Source: Lentisphaeria bacterium (lineage in GTDB: Bacteria; Verrucomicrobiota; Lentisphaeria; Victivallales; UBA1829). From it: 64,000 nt of DNA. The stretch spans positions 27,735 to 91,734 of the forward strand of contig JAGCNI010000019.1 in NCBI GenBank assembly GCA_017646015.1, written 5' to 3'. Within the stretch, counting starts at the first letter, position 1. Each line of letters starts with the position of its first letter. Below are positions 9,723 to 18,435 of the stretch, in pieces. The notes under the pieces are model-generated. The model was given only the letters and a program-made list of their open reading frames with translations. It was not told the origin of the DNA and did not search any database. The translations under genes were made by a program, and so were the position numbers.

Positions 9723-10400
9723 ATGCCGGATAAAAAACAGGAGATCCGTGTATGGCGGACATCCCGGGAAGATATTTTTCTCTGTGAAGGAAAGAGTGTG
9801 ACTATTCCTTCCGGTTGGATTTTTGTTCCTTCCGGTGATCCCGGATTGACACGACGCTTGAAAGCTTCCGGGGATTACTGGGTATTGGTCCATAAACGTA
9901 AAAACCGTATTGAAGCATTGGGTCTGTTCACATTGTCAGCTCAGTTCGATCGTGTCAAACGGATCCTGGAAATGGAACGTTCAACTCCGGCATACCGTAA
10001 TAAATTGGATGCCGGCAGAAAACGCAGAGAAGAAGAACAGAACCAGTATGTTGTCACTTTCCGCAAAGCTGTGATGGATTTTCTGGCATTTGCACCCCGT
10101 TATCAGGAGTTGGCGGAACGTTTTGCTGCGGCGGTAACGGATCATGCTGTTCCTGTCGGGAGCGGGACAGTGGCAAGGACACAGCGGATCCCGATCGAAC
10201 AGCGTGCCGAGGCCGCTGTGATTGCATGGATGCGTCATCAGACTACCGCCTATGATACTATGTCTATTGCCCGGATCAGAGGAGAACGTCGGGAAGTCCG
10301 GCGGCGATTGGCGGAACGATCCCGGCAGTTGCTTGCCCGTTACCGTTCCGGAGAAGAGGTCGATCCGCAACTTTGTCCGCTCTGTAAAGCGTTAGATTGA
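9723..10400 (+). CDS. DUF2293-like basic protein
   Basis: ORF track starts at 9660, overlapping the M50 gene. I prefer ATG 9723 (MPDKKQEIRVW...), preceded by GGAG at 9713-9716. The C-terminal segment AAVIAWMRHQTTAYDTMSIARIRGERREVRRRLAERS matches my recollection of the DUF2293 RH-x-x-T-x-YD pattern. Confidence 0.5.
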   Translation: MPDKKQEIRVWRTSREDIFLCEGKSVTIPSGWIFVPSGDPGLTRRLKASGDYWVLVHKRKNRIEALGLFTLSAQFDRVKRILEMERSTPAYRNKLDAGRKRREEEQNQYVVTFRKAVMDFLAFAPRYQELAERFAAAVTDHAVPVGSGTVARTQRIPIEQRAEAAVIAWMRHQTTAYDTMSIARIRGERREVRRRLAERSRQLLARYRSGEEVDPQLCPLCKALD

Positions 10401-10402
10401 AT

Positions 10403-10441
10403 AAAAAAATCCGGCAGCACATACAGTGTGTACGCTGCCGG
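10403..10441 (-). terminator. Rho-independent terminator for the CN-hydrolase/GDPD gene (possibly bidirectional)
   Basis: GC-rich stem CCGGCAGC (10411-10418) / GCTGCCGG (10434-10441). On the minus strand it is followed by a U7 tract (plus-strand A7 at 10403-10409). It lies between convergent genes. Confidence 0.55.
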
Positions 10442-10469
10442 ACCGGATCACAAATGATTTACCAGCTGT

Positions 10470-12080
10470 TTATTTCTGACGGCTTTTTACAAATTCATCA
10501 CGGACCTGTGAGATTGCCAGATAATTATTGGTCAGGATCGTATCGATTCCCATTTCAAAGAATTTTCTTGCTTCTTCAGGTGTGTCGCAGAAGAAATAGT
10601 TGCATAGGATCCCTTGTGCATGCGCTTTATCGATCATTTCCTGATTGTAATATTGCCGATAGAGCTGCACTTTGGAACATTTATATTCGATTGCACGATC
10701 CACAATGGTCCACGGATCGGGATCAGCACTCATACAGCGGGGGATTTCCGGTGCGATTTTCAAGGCGACTTCCATGATTTCCGCAGTTGCCATCAGATAG
10801 ACATGTTCCATGTGGTCATAACGTTTCAGAAGCTCGACGATTTTGCGGAGATATTCTTCCGGATAACTCTTTCCGACAGATTTGATATGCAGATTGATAA
10901 TTGCCTGCCGTGCGAATTTTGAAAGGACTTCTTCAAAAGAGGCGATTCGGGTTCCGGCGAAATTCTCATTGAAACGGCTGCCGAAATCCAGTTCTTTCAA
11001 TTCTGCATACGTTTTGCTGCTCAGCTCTCCGGAGCCGTTGGAGACCCGTTCCAGTGTACTGTCATGGGAGACCATAGGGATTCCGTCTTTGGAGAAATGG
11101 ATATCGAGTTCAATTTCCGGTGCACCGAGAGCGATCGCAGCTCCGAAAGCGGGCATCGTATTTTCCGGAGCGACGAAATTGAATCCCCGGTGAGCACAGA
11201 CTCGCGGATAGGGATGATCCTGTTCCGGTTCAATGACCATACTGCCGCAGGGACGGTATGCCCACGGAGTTCTGCCTTGTTCAATGAAATGATCGTTGGT
11301 GATCATGCCGCCGCTGAAACTGTTGGAACGCATATATTTGTAATGAGGATCACTGATCTCGCAACTGAGGATCCCTGTTTTGCTGCCATACCTGGCAAGG
11401 ATTTTACCATCGGGAGAAACGACCATGGAATTTCCGCCGACTTCTGCATTTTCTCCCATGGAAACAGATGCACGGAGGACATAACTGTTGCAATAGAAAG
11501 CCAGATGTTGATTGAGCATTTCCAGCATATCCTGCCGTTCTGCACGCTGGAAAGAGGAAACCAGTACAATATCCGGATGATGATGTGCAATATGGGCAAC
11601 ATATTCCGAGTAGTATGTATCATAACAGATCAGAAAACCGAAACGGATCCCGTCCACTTCGATGATATCCGGTGCACGGAATTTTCTTGTGTAGGAGAAA
11701 TCCGGTTTGCAGCCCCGTTTTTCGGAACCCGGGAGATGCTGTTTATAAAAATCTCCGGCAATATTTCCCTGTCGGTCAAAGACACGGGTGGTGTTGCGGA
11801 AGCAATCCGGTTTCACTTCGCAGAAATAGTTGACTGCCACGATCGCATTGCAGCGCAGGGCGGTTTTTTTTGCGGCTTCGATCAGACGCGGTGTATGTTT
11901 GCGGACAAACGGGATCAATTCCTCATACGGGAATGCCGCCGGAGCGTTGGCGTATTCCGGCAAGAGTATCAGATCACAGGAGGAATCACAGCTGTTCAGT
12001 TGTTCAATGGCGAAATTGACAGAACTTTCGACTGTATCCAGTGAGTGTGCATACGGGATTTGGATCGCACAGAGTTTCAT
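10470..12080 (-). CDS. Fusion protein: N-terminal carbon-nitrogen hydrolase (nitrilase superfamily) + C-terminal glycerophosphodiester phosphodiesterase (GDPD)
   Basis: 536 aa. CN-hydrolase E-K-C triad contexts: LILLPEYANAP, DFYKQHLPG, FGFLICYDTYYSE. GDPD motifs: VCAHRGFNFVAPENTMPAF, EIELDIHFSKDGIPMVSHDSTLERVSNGSG. Confidence 0.75.
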   Translation of the reverse strand: MKLCAIQIPYAHSLDTVESSVNFAIEQLNSCDSSCDLILLPEYANAPAAFPYEELIPFVRKHTPRLIEAAKKTALRCNAIVAVNYFCEVKPDCFRNTTRVFDRQGNIAGDFYKQHLPGSEKRGCKPDFSYTRKFRAPDIIEVDGIRFGFLICYDTYYSEYVAHIAHHHPDIVLVSSFQRAERQDMLEMLNQHLAFYCNSYVLRASVSMGENAEVGGNSMVVSPDGKILARYGSKTGILSCEISDPHYKYMRSNSFSGGMITNDHFIEQGRTPWAYRPCGSMVIEPEQDHPYPRVCAHRGFNFVAPENTMPAFGAAIALGAPEIELDIHFSKDGIPMVSHDSTLERVSNGSGELSSKTYAELKELDFGSRFNENFAGTRIASFEEVLSKFARQAIINLHIKSVGKSYPEEYLRKIVELLKRYDHMEHVYLMATAEIMEVALKIAPEIPRCMSADPDPWTIVDRAIEYKCSKVQLYRQYYNQEMIDKAHAQGILCNYFFCDTPEEARKFFEMGIDTILTNNYLAISQVRDEFVKSRQK

Positions 12081-12182
12081 ATATTCATTTCCTTTACTAT
12101 TTGATTTTTTCCGGATCCGGGTAACGTAATTCCTTTTGAAAAAATATCAATACCGGATCAATGAAAAAATAGATTTTTTGTA

Positions 12183-14378
12183 TCAGAACTCTTTTGTAAC
12201 ACGGTAGTCCGCCTGATATACTTTGGTCGATTCCAAGCTGACAATGCCCTCATTATAAAGATTTTCCAATGATTTTTCCAGCGTGATCATGCCATCCTTG
12301 TAACTGGTTTCGATGACCGATTGCAGTTGATGTGTTTTCCCATCCCGGATCAAGGCTTTCACTGGAGGTGTTCCGACCATGATTTCAAATGCGGCGGCAC
12401 GACCGGAACCATCCAGTTTCGGGAGAAGTCTTTGTGAAATCACGCCGAGGATTACACTGGAAAGCTGCAAACGGATCTGATTCTGCTGATAACTCGGGAA
12501 TGAGTCGATGATTCTGTCGATCGTCTGCGGTGCGCTGTTGGTATGGATCGTGGCAAACACAAGGTGTCCGGTCTCTGCGGCGGTGAGGGCGGCGGCGATG
12601 GTTTCCACATCGCGCATTTCCCCGACCATGATCACATCCGGATCCTGGCGCAGGGCATGACGCAGAGCCGCAGCAAAACTCAAGGTGTCCGAATGAAGTT
12701 CCCGTTGTTCAATGATCGAATAAAGGTTGTTATGCACAAATTCGATCGGATCTTCCACCGTAATGATCTTGGCATTGCGTTTCTGATTCAACTGATCCAG
12801 CATACAGGCAAGAGTGGTAGATTTTCCGCTGCCGGTTGGTCCTGTCACCAGCACAAGCCCCTGATGTTTGTCAAGAAGAGAAAGCAATGTCGGCGGGAGA
12901 GTGAGTTCTTCCGGCGAGGGGATCCGTGTATTGACGACCCTGGCGACAACTCCGAGAGTTCCGCGCTGATAAAAGGCATTGACACGGAAACGGGTGAATG
13001 TTTCGCTGTCTTTTTCCAACGTGACGGACAATGCAAAATCCAATTCCCGCTTTTCTTCCAGTTCGATTCTCTGTCGGGGGGAGATCACACTGTAAAGCAA
13101 ACGCTGGATGTCTGCACTGCTCAATGCCGGAAGCTGCAAGGTCCTGAGGATTCCGTTGATACGCAGGATCGGGGCGGATTTATTGGTCAGATGTAAGTCG
13201 CTTGCTCCGGTTGAGACTGCAACCCGGAGAAGAGAACGCATATCCACAAAAGTTCCCTCGTCATCATCAAAATTGTTTCCGTAATGACTGCGGAAAGAGT
13301 CCACCCCGGTTTCCATCCCTTTGACCAGAAGATTGAATTCATCGGGATTATTGACTGTTTTCAGTGCATCTTCCAATGTGATTTTATCATCTTTGAATAA
13401 ACGGAAAATTGCGCGGTTGAATGTGACCATCCCACTTTCCGAACCTTGTTTCAAAGCGTCTTCAAGAATTTTGAAATCTCTGTCCATCACTGCCTTACAA
13501 ACAGTCGGTGTGCCGTGCATGATTTCGACAGCTGGAATCATGCTCTCTTCCTGTTTCATCGGGATCAAACGTTGTGAGATGATCGCCTGAAGAGCCATAC
13601 CGAGATCAATGGAGAGCTGATCACGCTGATGTGTCGGGAACATATTGATGATCCGTTCTATGGTCTGCACCGTATCAGCGGTATGAACAGTACTGATAAC
13701 AAGATGTCCGGTCAGGGCAGCATTGAGAGCGATCGTAATGGTTTCCTGATCGCGCATTTCTCCGATTACGATCACATCCGGATTTTCACGCAATGCACTC
13801 CGTAGAGCTTCTGCGAAACTGACAACATTCGAGTTGATTTCACGTTGAGAGAGCAACGATTTCTGATTGTCATGCAGAAATTCGATCGGATCTTCAATGG
13901 TGAGAATATGTTTTTCTTCTGTCCGGTTGATCAGATTGATCAAAGCACCGAGCGTGGTAGATTTTCCACTTCCTGTGGAACCTGTTACAAGGATGAGTCC
14001 GCGCGGAACAGAACAGATTTGTTGAAGAATGGATGGCAGATGTAATTTTTCCAAATCCAAGTCATTGCCGGAGCGGATCGGGCGTGCCGCCATGGAAGGT
14101 CCGCAGACCGTTGAAAAAAAGTTGATACGGAAACGTTCTTCCCGTGTCAGCGAATAAGAGGAGTCATAGGAACCGGTGCGTTCATATTGTTCTTCTCCGC
14201 GAGAGCCGATCACCATCCGGCGGAATTGATCGATTTCTTCTGCGGGAAGTGGGGCATCATGAGTTTGTATGACTCTGCCTTTCTGTCGGAATGCCGGAGT
14301 TTTTCCAGCACTGAAAAATACATCCGATATTCCCTGAACCAGAGCTTCGTGCAAATAATTCTGAATGATATCTGTCAT
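12183..14378 (-). CDS. Tandem (two-copy) PilT/PilU-family type IV pilus retraction ATPase in one polypeptide
   Basis: ORF 12183..14432. I prefer ATG 14378 (MTDIIQNY...), which lies behind GGAGG and avoids overlap with the upstream gene. Two complete ATPase units are present. Unit 1: GSTGSGKST, ILTIEDPIEFLH, PDVIVIGEMRD, LTGHLVISTVHT. Unit 2: GPTGSGKST, IITVEDPIEFVH, PDVIMVGEMRD, ETGHLVFATIHT, plus an AIRNLIRE-like VKALIRDGKTHQL. Confidence 0.85.
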   Translation of the reverse strand: MTDIIQNYLHEALVQGISDVFFSAGKTPAFRQKGRVIQTHDAPLPAEEIDQFRRMVIGSRGEEQYERTGSYDSSYSLTREERFRINFFSTVCGPSMAARPIRSGNDLDLEKLHLPSILQQICSVPRGLILVTGSTGSGKSTTLGALINLINRTEEKHILTIEDPIEFLHDNQKSLLSQREINSNVVSFAEALRSALRENPDVIVIGEMRDQETITIALNAALTGHLVISTVHTADTVQTIERIINMFPTHQRDQLSIDLGMALQAIISQRLIPMKQEESMIPAVEIMHGTPTVCKAVMDRDFKILEDALKQGSESGMVTFNRAIFRLFKDDKITLEDALKTVNNPDEFNLLVKGMETGVDSFRSHYGNNFDDDEGTFVDMRSLLRVAVSTGASDLHLTNKSAPILRINGILRTLQLPALSSADIQRLLYSVISPRQRIELEEKRELDFALSVTLEKDSETFTRFRVNAFYQRGTLGVVARVVNTRIPSPEELTLPPTLLSLLDKHQGLVLVTGPTGSGKSTTLACMLDQLNQKRNAKIITVEDPIEFVHNNLYSIIEQRELHSDTLSFAAALRHALRQDPDVIMVGEMRDVETIAAALTAAETGHLVFATIHTNSAPQTIDRIIDSFPSYQQNQIRLQLSSVILGVISQRLLPKLDGSGRAAAFEIMVGTPPVKALIRDGKTHQLQSVIETSYKDGMITLEKSLENLYNEGIVSLESTKVYQADYRVTKEF

Positions 14379-14394
14379 GGCGGAACCTCCCTTT

Positions 14395-15051
14395 TTAACT
14401 GCTGAGTTTATTTTGTGTTTCAAGTGCGGCAAGACGTTTTTTTACAGTCTGTATTTCAGATGCTGTCATTTTTCCATGCCGCAGCGCATGATGAAAACAA
14501 CTGATGACAGCTGCCGTCTGGTGCTGTTGTGATTGCAGATCGGCATAAAACATCAGAACTTTCAGATAATACGGATCCTGCCGGACTGCACCGTTCCTGA
14601 AAAAAGTTTCGGCTGTTGTTATGGCTTTTTCCTGTTGATGAAAAATATTTCCATGGAGTTCCAGAAGCAGCCATGTGATCTCCGCATCTGCCGGATATTG
14701 TGAGTGCAATGTAAGCAAACTCTGTTCGGCTTCTGCATATTTTCCTGTGTTGATCATTCCATGGATCGGGGAGAGTATGACCGGAGCTTTTTTCAGAAAT
14801 CTTCTCGGGAAGAGCAGGCCGTATGAAAAGTTTTCTGCAATCTGCGGAAGAAAAATCTTTGTAAATAAAATCCCTGTGATCAATGCGGTGACAAGTGCAA
14901 AAAGCAGATAGATCAAGGCGGAGACAGTTGAAGCGGAAAAGGCCTTGACTGCAAAATATGCTGTCAGGAGAAGCATGAAGAAAAAGAAGAGACGTTCTCC
15001 GATCTTTCCCAGTCTTTCATTGAGTATATACAGCAACAGCTTTTTATCCAT
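14395..15051 (-). CDS. Small membrane protein with cytoplasmic TPR-like helical domain (hypothetical)
   Basis: 218 aa. Two hydrophobic helices (FFFFMLLLTAYFAVKAF, LIYLLFALVTALITGILFTKIF), then helical repeats (GKYAEAEQSLLTLHSQYPADAEITWLLLELHGN...). The stop is 16 nt upstream of the tandem ATPase start. Confidence 0.5.
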   Translation of the reverse strand: MDKKLLLYILNERLGKIGERLFFFFMLLLTAYFAVKAFSASTVSALIYLLFALVTALITGILFTKIFLPQIAENFSYGLLFPRRFLKKAPVILSPIHGMINTGKYAEAEQSLLTLHSQYPADAEITWLLLELHGNIFHQQEKAITTAETFFRNGAVRQDPYYLKVLMFYADLQSQQHQTAAVISCFHHALRHGKMTASEIQTVKKRLAALETQNKLSS

Positions 15052-15155
15052 CCGTGATTTCCTTTTCCTGTTTATTGGAATAGGAATAACATAACAGAAA
15101 AAGGTTCAAATTCAAATTTTTTTCAGCGGAAGAAGTGCGATTTTGGAAAATAGTT

Positions 15156-15908
15156 TTACTTTTTTTTCTTTTTGCGGGAAACAAGATAGATGATCCGTTG
15201 CATCAGTGCGTTAAACTGGAATTCAAATCCGGTTTCTTTTTTATAGAGTTCTGCAAAGGCATGAGCGATCTGTTCCATTCTGTCCGGAGTGTAATTGCCC
15301 TGTTTGATGTACGATGAAATCACCCGTGCCAGTTCCAGAAATCTCTCTTTCTCCGGAACCTCGCGGGAGTAAAGACGGACACTGTCCATATCGATCAGTC
15401 CGAATGTTCCCGCCGGAGTCAGATAGATGTTGCGTAAGTTCAAATCACCGTGACGGATCCCATATTTGTGCAGTTTTGCGATAAAGGGAATCAAATGTCG
15501 TGCTGTTTCCGGATCGTCCTGCAGGAAAATATGATCGGGGGGAAGAATTTCTGTAATCAGACAATAACGGGAAGCCAGCAGAACCTGCGGTGTTGGAATT
15601 CCGATTTCCCGGAGTCTGAGTGCTGCTGCCAGACAGGAGTATGCACGGGCAGGCTGCAACATCCTTTTCAGAGTCCGATACCATCCGTTCTTTTTATATT
15701 TTTTGATGAAAAAACGGTGATCCGGATCGAATCCAGTGATCACACTGCTGGAGTTTTTCAAGATATGTCCGTGATCCAGAAGGGATTCCGGAGGAACAGG
15801 GAATTGCATTTCTCCGAACGTGTAGATCTCTTTCTCAAAACGATACAAAAAAGTGTCCCCGGGATCCGCCTTGCGGCATTGTTTCAGGATCTTGTTCCGG
15901 AGACACAT
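15156..15908 (-). CDS. Lipopolysaccharide kinase (Kdo/WaaP/InaA) family protein
   Basis: 250 aa. Catalytic-loop pattern LHKYGIRHGDLNLRNIYL and GLIDMDSVR is typical of the Kdo/WaaP kinase fold. Confidence 0.65.
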   Translation of the reverse strand: MCLRNKILKQCRKADPGDTFLYRFEKEIYTFGEMQFPVPPESLLDHGHILKNSSSVITGFDPDHRFFIKKYKKNGWYRTLKRMLQPARAYSCLAAALRLREIGIPTPQVLLASRYCLITEILPPDHIFLQDDPETARHLIPFIAKLHKYGIRHGDLNLRNIYLTPAGTFGLIDMDSVRLYSREVPEKERFLELARVISSYIKQGNYTPDRMEQIAHAFAELYKKETGFEFQFNALMQRIIYLVSRKKKKK

Positions 15909-15935
15909 TTTTTTACTCCTGTTCAGAGGAGTCTG

Positions 15936-17420
15936 TTATTTCAGACGCATCTGCGGGAAGAGCAGAACGTCGCGGATGGAGTCAGACTCCGTCAGAAGCA
16001 TGACCAGACGGTCGATACCGATTCCCAGACCGCCAGTCGGGGGCATACCGTGTTCGAGGGCTGTGAGGAAGTCTTCATCAATAGCTTCTGCCAGATCTTT
16101 TCCTTCCCGTTCAGCCTGTTCGATGAAACGTTTACGCTGTTCGATCGGGTCATTGAGTTCAGAGTATCCCGGAGAAATTTCCTGACCGTTGATTTCCAAT
16201 TCGTACACATCGACCACAGAGGGATCATCTTCGCATTTTTTCGCCAGCGGGACGAGGTATGCGGGCAGGCGAGTGACAAATGTCGGCTGGATCAAAGTCT
16301 GTTCGATCGTTTTTTCATAGATCTCGTGTGTGATTTCCAGGTCGTTCATATCCGGAGTGACATCCAAGCCGAGTTCTTTTGCTTTTGCAAATTTTTCATC
16401 GTGTGAAAGATCATACCAGTCAGCCCCCATTTTTTCAATGATGAGCTCACGGTAGGGAGCACGTCTCCACGGACGTTTGAGGTCGATCACAACACCGTTG
16501 CCGTTTTTGACCTGAGTGGTCCCGATGACTTTTTCTGCGATGGTCGTGACCATTTCTTCCATAATATCCATCATGGATTCGCAGTCACCGTATGCCTGAT
16601 AAAGTTCCAGTGCAGTGAATTCCGGATTATGACGGCGGTCGATACCTTCGTTACGGAAGTTACGGTTCAATTCAAAGACACGTTCAAAACCGCCGACGAT
16701 CAGGCGTTTCAGGTAGAGCTCTGTGGCAATACGCATGTAAACCGGACAGCTGAGAGCTTCATAGAAAGTCTTGAACGGGTTTGCAGATGCACCGCCGGGG
16801 ATCGGCTGGAGCATGGGAGTTTCAACTTCCATGAATCCTTTGTCTTCAAGGAACTTGCGGATTTCGCTGATGATTTTGGAACGCATGATGAAAACTGCAC
16901 GACTTTCATCGTTGGAAATCAGATCCAGATACCGCTGACGGTAACGCTGTTCGATATTGGCAAGGCCATGGAATTTTTCGGGCAGGGGACGCAGGGATTT
17001 TGTCAGCAGAGTCACTTCATGTGCTTTGATGGTCAGTTCGCCGGTACGGGTTGTGAAAGGAACACCTTTGACACCGATCAAATCACCGAGGTCCAATTTT
17101 TTGAAGAACGCAAAATCTTCATCGCTGATTGTGCCGCGCTGGACATAGATCTGCATTCTGCCGGTGGAATCTTTCACGTCAGCGAAAATCGATTTTCCCA
17201 TGGCACGGAATGCGGTCATTCTGCCGGCAATAATGACATCTGCCGGATTTTCTTCTTCCGGATTGAAAGCCGCACGGACATCGGCTGTTTTGATCACTCC
17301 ATCAAAACGTCTGCCGAACGGCAGTTTTCCGGCTTCCTGAATATCCCGGACTTTATTCAAACGCTGGGTAAAAATATCTTCCTGTTTTTCAGGCGGATTC
17401 TGCACAATTTCTTCACTCAT
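15936..17420 (-). CDS. lysS: Lysine--tRNA ligase, class II
   Basis: 494 aa. OB-fold N-terminal domain (IIAGRMTAFRAMGKSIFADVKDSTGRMQIY) and class II motifs (FMEVETPML, YLRIATELYLKRL-like, ELNRNFRNEGID, GGLGIGIDRLVMLL). Confidence 0.95.
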   Translation of the reverse strand: MSEEIVQNPPEKQEDIFTQRLNKVRDIQEAGKLPFGRRFDGVIKTADVRAAFNPEEENPADVIIAGRMTAFRAMGKSIFADVKDSTGRMQIYVQRGTISDEDFAFFKKLDLGDLIGVKGVPFTTRTGELTIKAHEVTLLTKSLRPLPEKFHGLANIEQRYRQRYLDLISNDESRAVFIMRSKIISEIRKFLEDKGFMEVETPMLQPIPGGASANPFKTFYEALSCPVYMRIATELYLKRLIVGGFERVFELNRNFRNEGIDRRHNPEFTALELYQAYGDCESMMDIMEEMVTTIAEKVIGTTQVKNGNGVVIDLKRPWRRAPYRELIIEKMGADWYDLSHDEKFAKAKELGLDVTPDMNDLEITHEIYEKTIEQTLIQPTFVTRLPAYLVPLAKKCEDDPSVVDVYELEINGQEISPGYSELNDPIEQRKRFIEQAEREGKDLAEAIDEDFLTALEHGMPPTGGLGIGIDRLVMLLTESDSIRDVLLFPQMRLK

Positions 17421-17553
17421 GACAACTGTTTTCCTGTTTTATTTTTGAATGTAAAATATTTATCCAATCAATATATCACAGAAACACTGTTTTTTCAAGT
17501 TGAGAGCTTGAAAAGCTGTTTCTTTTATCCTGATTTTCTGCTGTTTATGTGTT

Positions 17554-17991
17554 TCAGAAAAACTGGAATCCGGAGATCACGGGTTTCCCATCCTGCATGA
17601 CGGTTGTCACACGGAACAGGATTTCACTTGTAAACTCTTCCGATTGTCTGTTGGTTTTCCGGAAACAGATCTTCCAGACATAACGGTTGTAAATCGGCAG
17701 AGACTGTTTGGTCAGGAACTGGAACGACTCCGGTCTGCCGAATGTGTCTGCAATATTTTTTGTTGTATCGTGGAACTGTTTGACCGTGAACTCCTGCTGT
17801 TTTTTGGGAGGGAGAACCTTGATGAATTTTTCCGCATCATTGTTCAGACAATGTATCAGCAGTTTTTGTGCAAGTGCATATTCCGGATCTTTGACCGGAG
17901 CTTTCGGATCCTGCGGCAGTTCTTTTATTGTATGACAGGCAGAAGTAAGGAGAATCAGGAGTGTAGCGGTGACGGACAGATATTTTTTCAT
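17554..17991 (-). CDS. Hypothetical lipoprotein
   Basis: I prefer the internal ATG at 17991 (MKKYLSVTATLLILLTSAC...), which gives a lipobox-like LLTSAC. No family recognised. Confidence 0.45.
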   Translation of the reverse strand: MKKYLSVTATLLILLTSACHTIKELPQDPKAPVKDPEYALAQKLLIHCLNNDAEKFIKVLPPKKQQEFTVKQFHDTTKNIADTFGRPESFQFLTKQSLPIYNRYVWKICFRKTNRQSEEFTSEILFRVTTVMQDGKPVISGFQFF

Positions 17992-18104
17992 AAGTTGCTC
18001 TTTCTGTTTCTGATGTTGAATTTTTGGCATTGTGACAATATAACTCCAGCATTGGAAAAATCAAGGGATATGCATGATTTTTCCCTCAATGTCGATTTAT
18101 AAAT

Positions 18105-18132
18105 TTGCTTTTTATCTCTGCCATGCTATAGT
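18105..18132 (+). promoter_or_regulatory. Candidate sigma-70-type promoter (TTGCTT-N16-TATAGT)
   Basis: TTGCTT at 18105-18110, TATAGT at 18127-18132, 33-45 nt upstream of the small membrane ORF start (18165 GTG or 18177 ATG). Confidence 0.35.
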
Positions 18133-18164
18133 ATTTCAGTCGTTGAAAAACAGCAGATAGCGGA

Positions 18165-18434
18165 GTGTCGGAATTTATGAATACTTTTTTTGTAGTGATC
18201 GCGATCATTGTATCAATTACAGTATTGATCCTGATATACCGTTTCTTCTTTCAAGATACAGATGAATTCCGGGAAGCATGGCGTTACACATTGACTCCGG
18301 ATTGGCTCAGTTTTCTTTGGGGCGAACATGTCGAAGACCATGTTGCCAGCAATAAACTGTTCCTGTACCATCTTTGCGGTATCGGTTCCGGAGTCGGTGT
18401 GTATATTCTGCTGGATAAACTCTTCGGTGGGTGA
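18165..18434 (+). CDS. Small hypothetical membrane protein
   Basis: 89 aa with two hydrophobic helices (FFVVIAIIVSITVLILIY, LCGIGSGVGVYILL). It has its own promoter-like element, and its stop abuts the convergent SNF transporter stop. No family recognised. Confidence 0.35.
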   Translation: MSEFMNTFFVVIAIIVSITVLILIYRFFFQDTDEFREAWRYTLTPDWLSFLWGEHVEDHVASNKLFLYHLCGIGSGVGVYILLDKLFGG

Positions 18435-18435
18435 A

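Noticed and set aside
12105-12120. T6 + CCGGATCCGG palindrome between the PilT-fusion stop and the CN-hydrolase start, considered as a terminator.
   Set aside because: Both flanking genes are on the minus strand, where the palindrome is followed by an A-run rather than a U-run. The stem is at most 4-5 bp with no loop. It is not a credible intrinsic terminator.
17490-17515. Inverted repeat TTTTCAAG...CTTGAAAA between the lipoprotein gene and lysS, considered as a terminator.
   Set aside because: The stem is AT-rich and weak, with no U-tract on the relevant (minus) strand.
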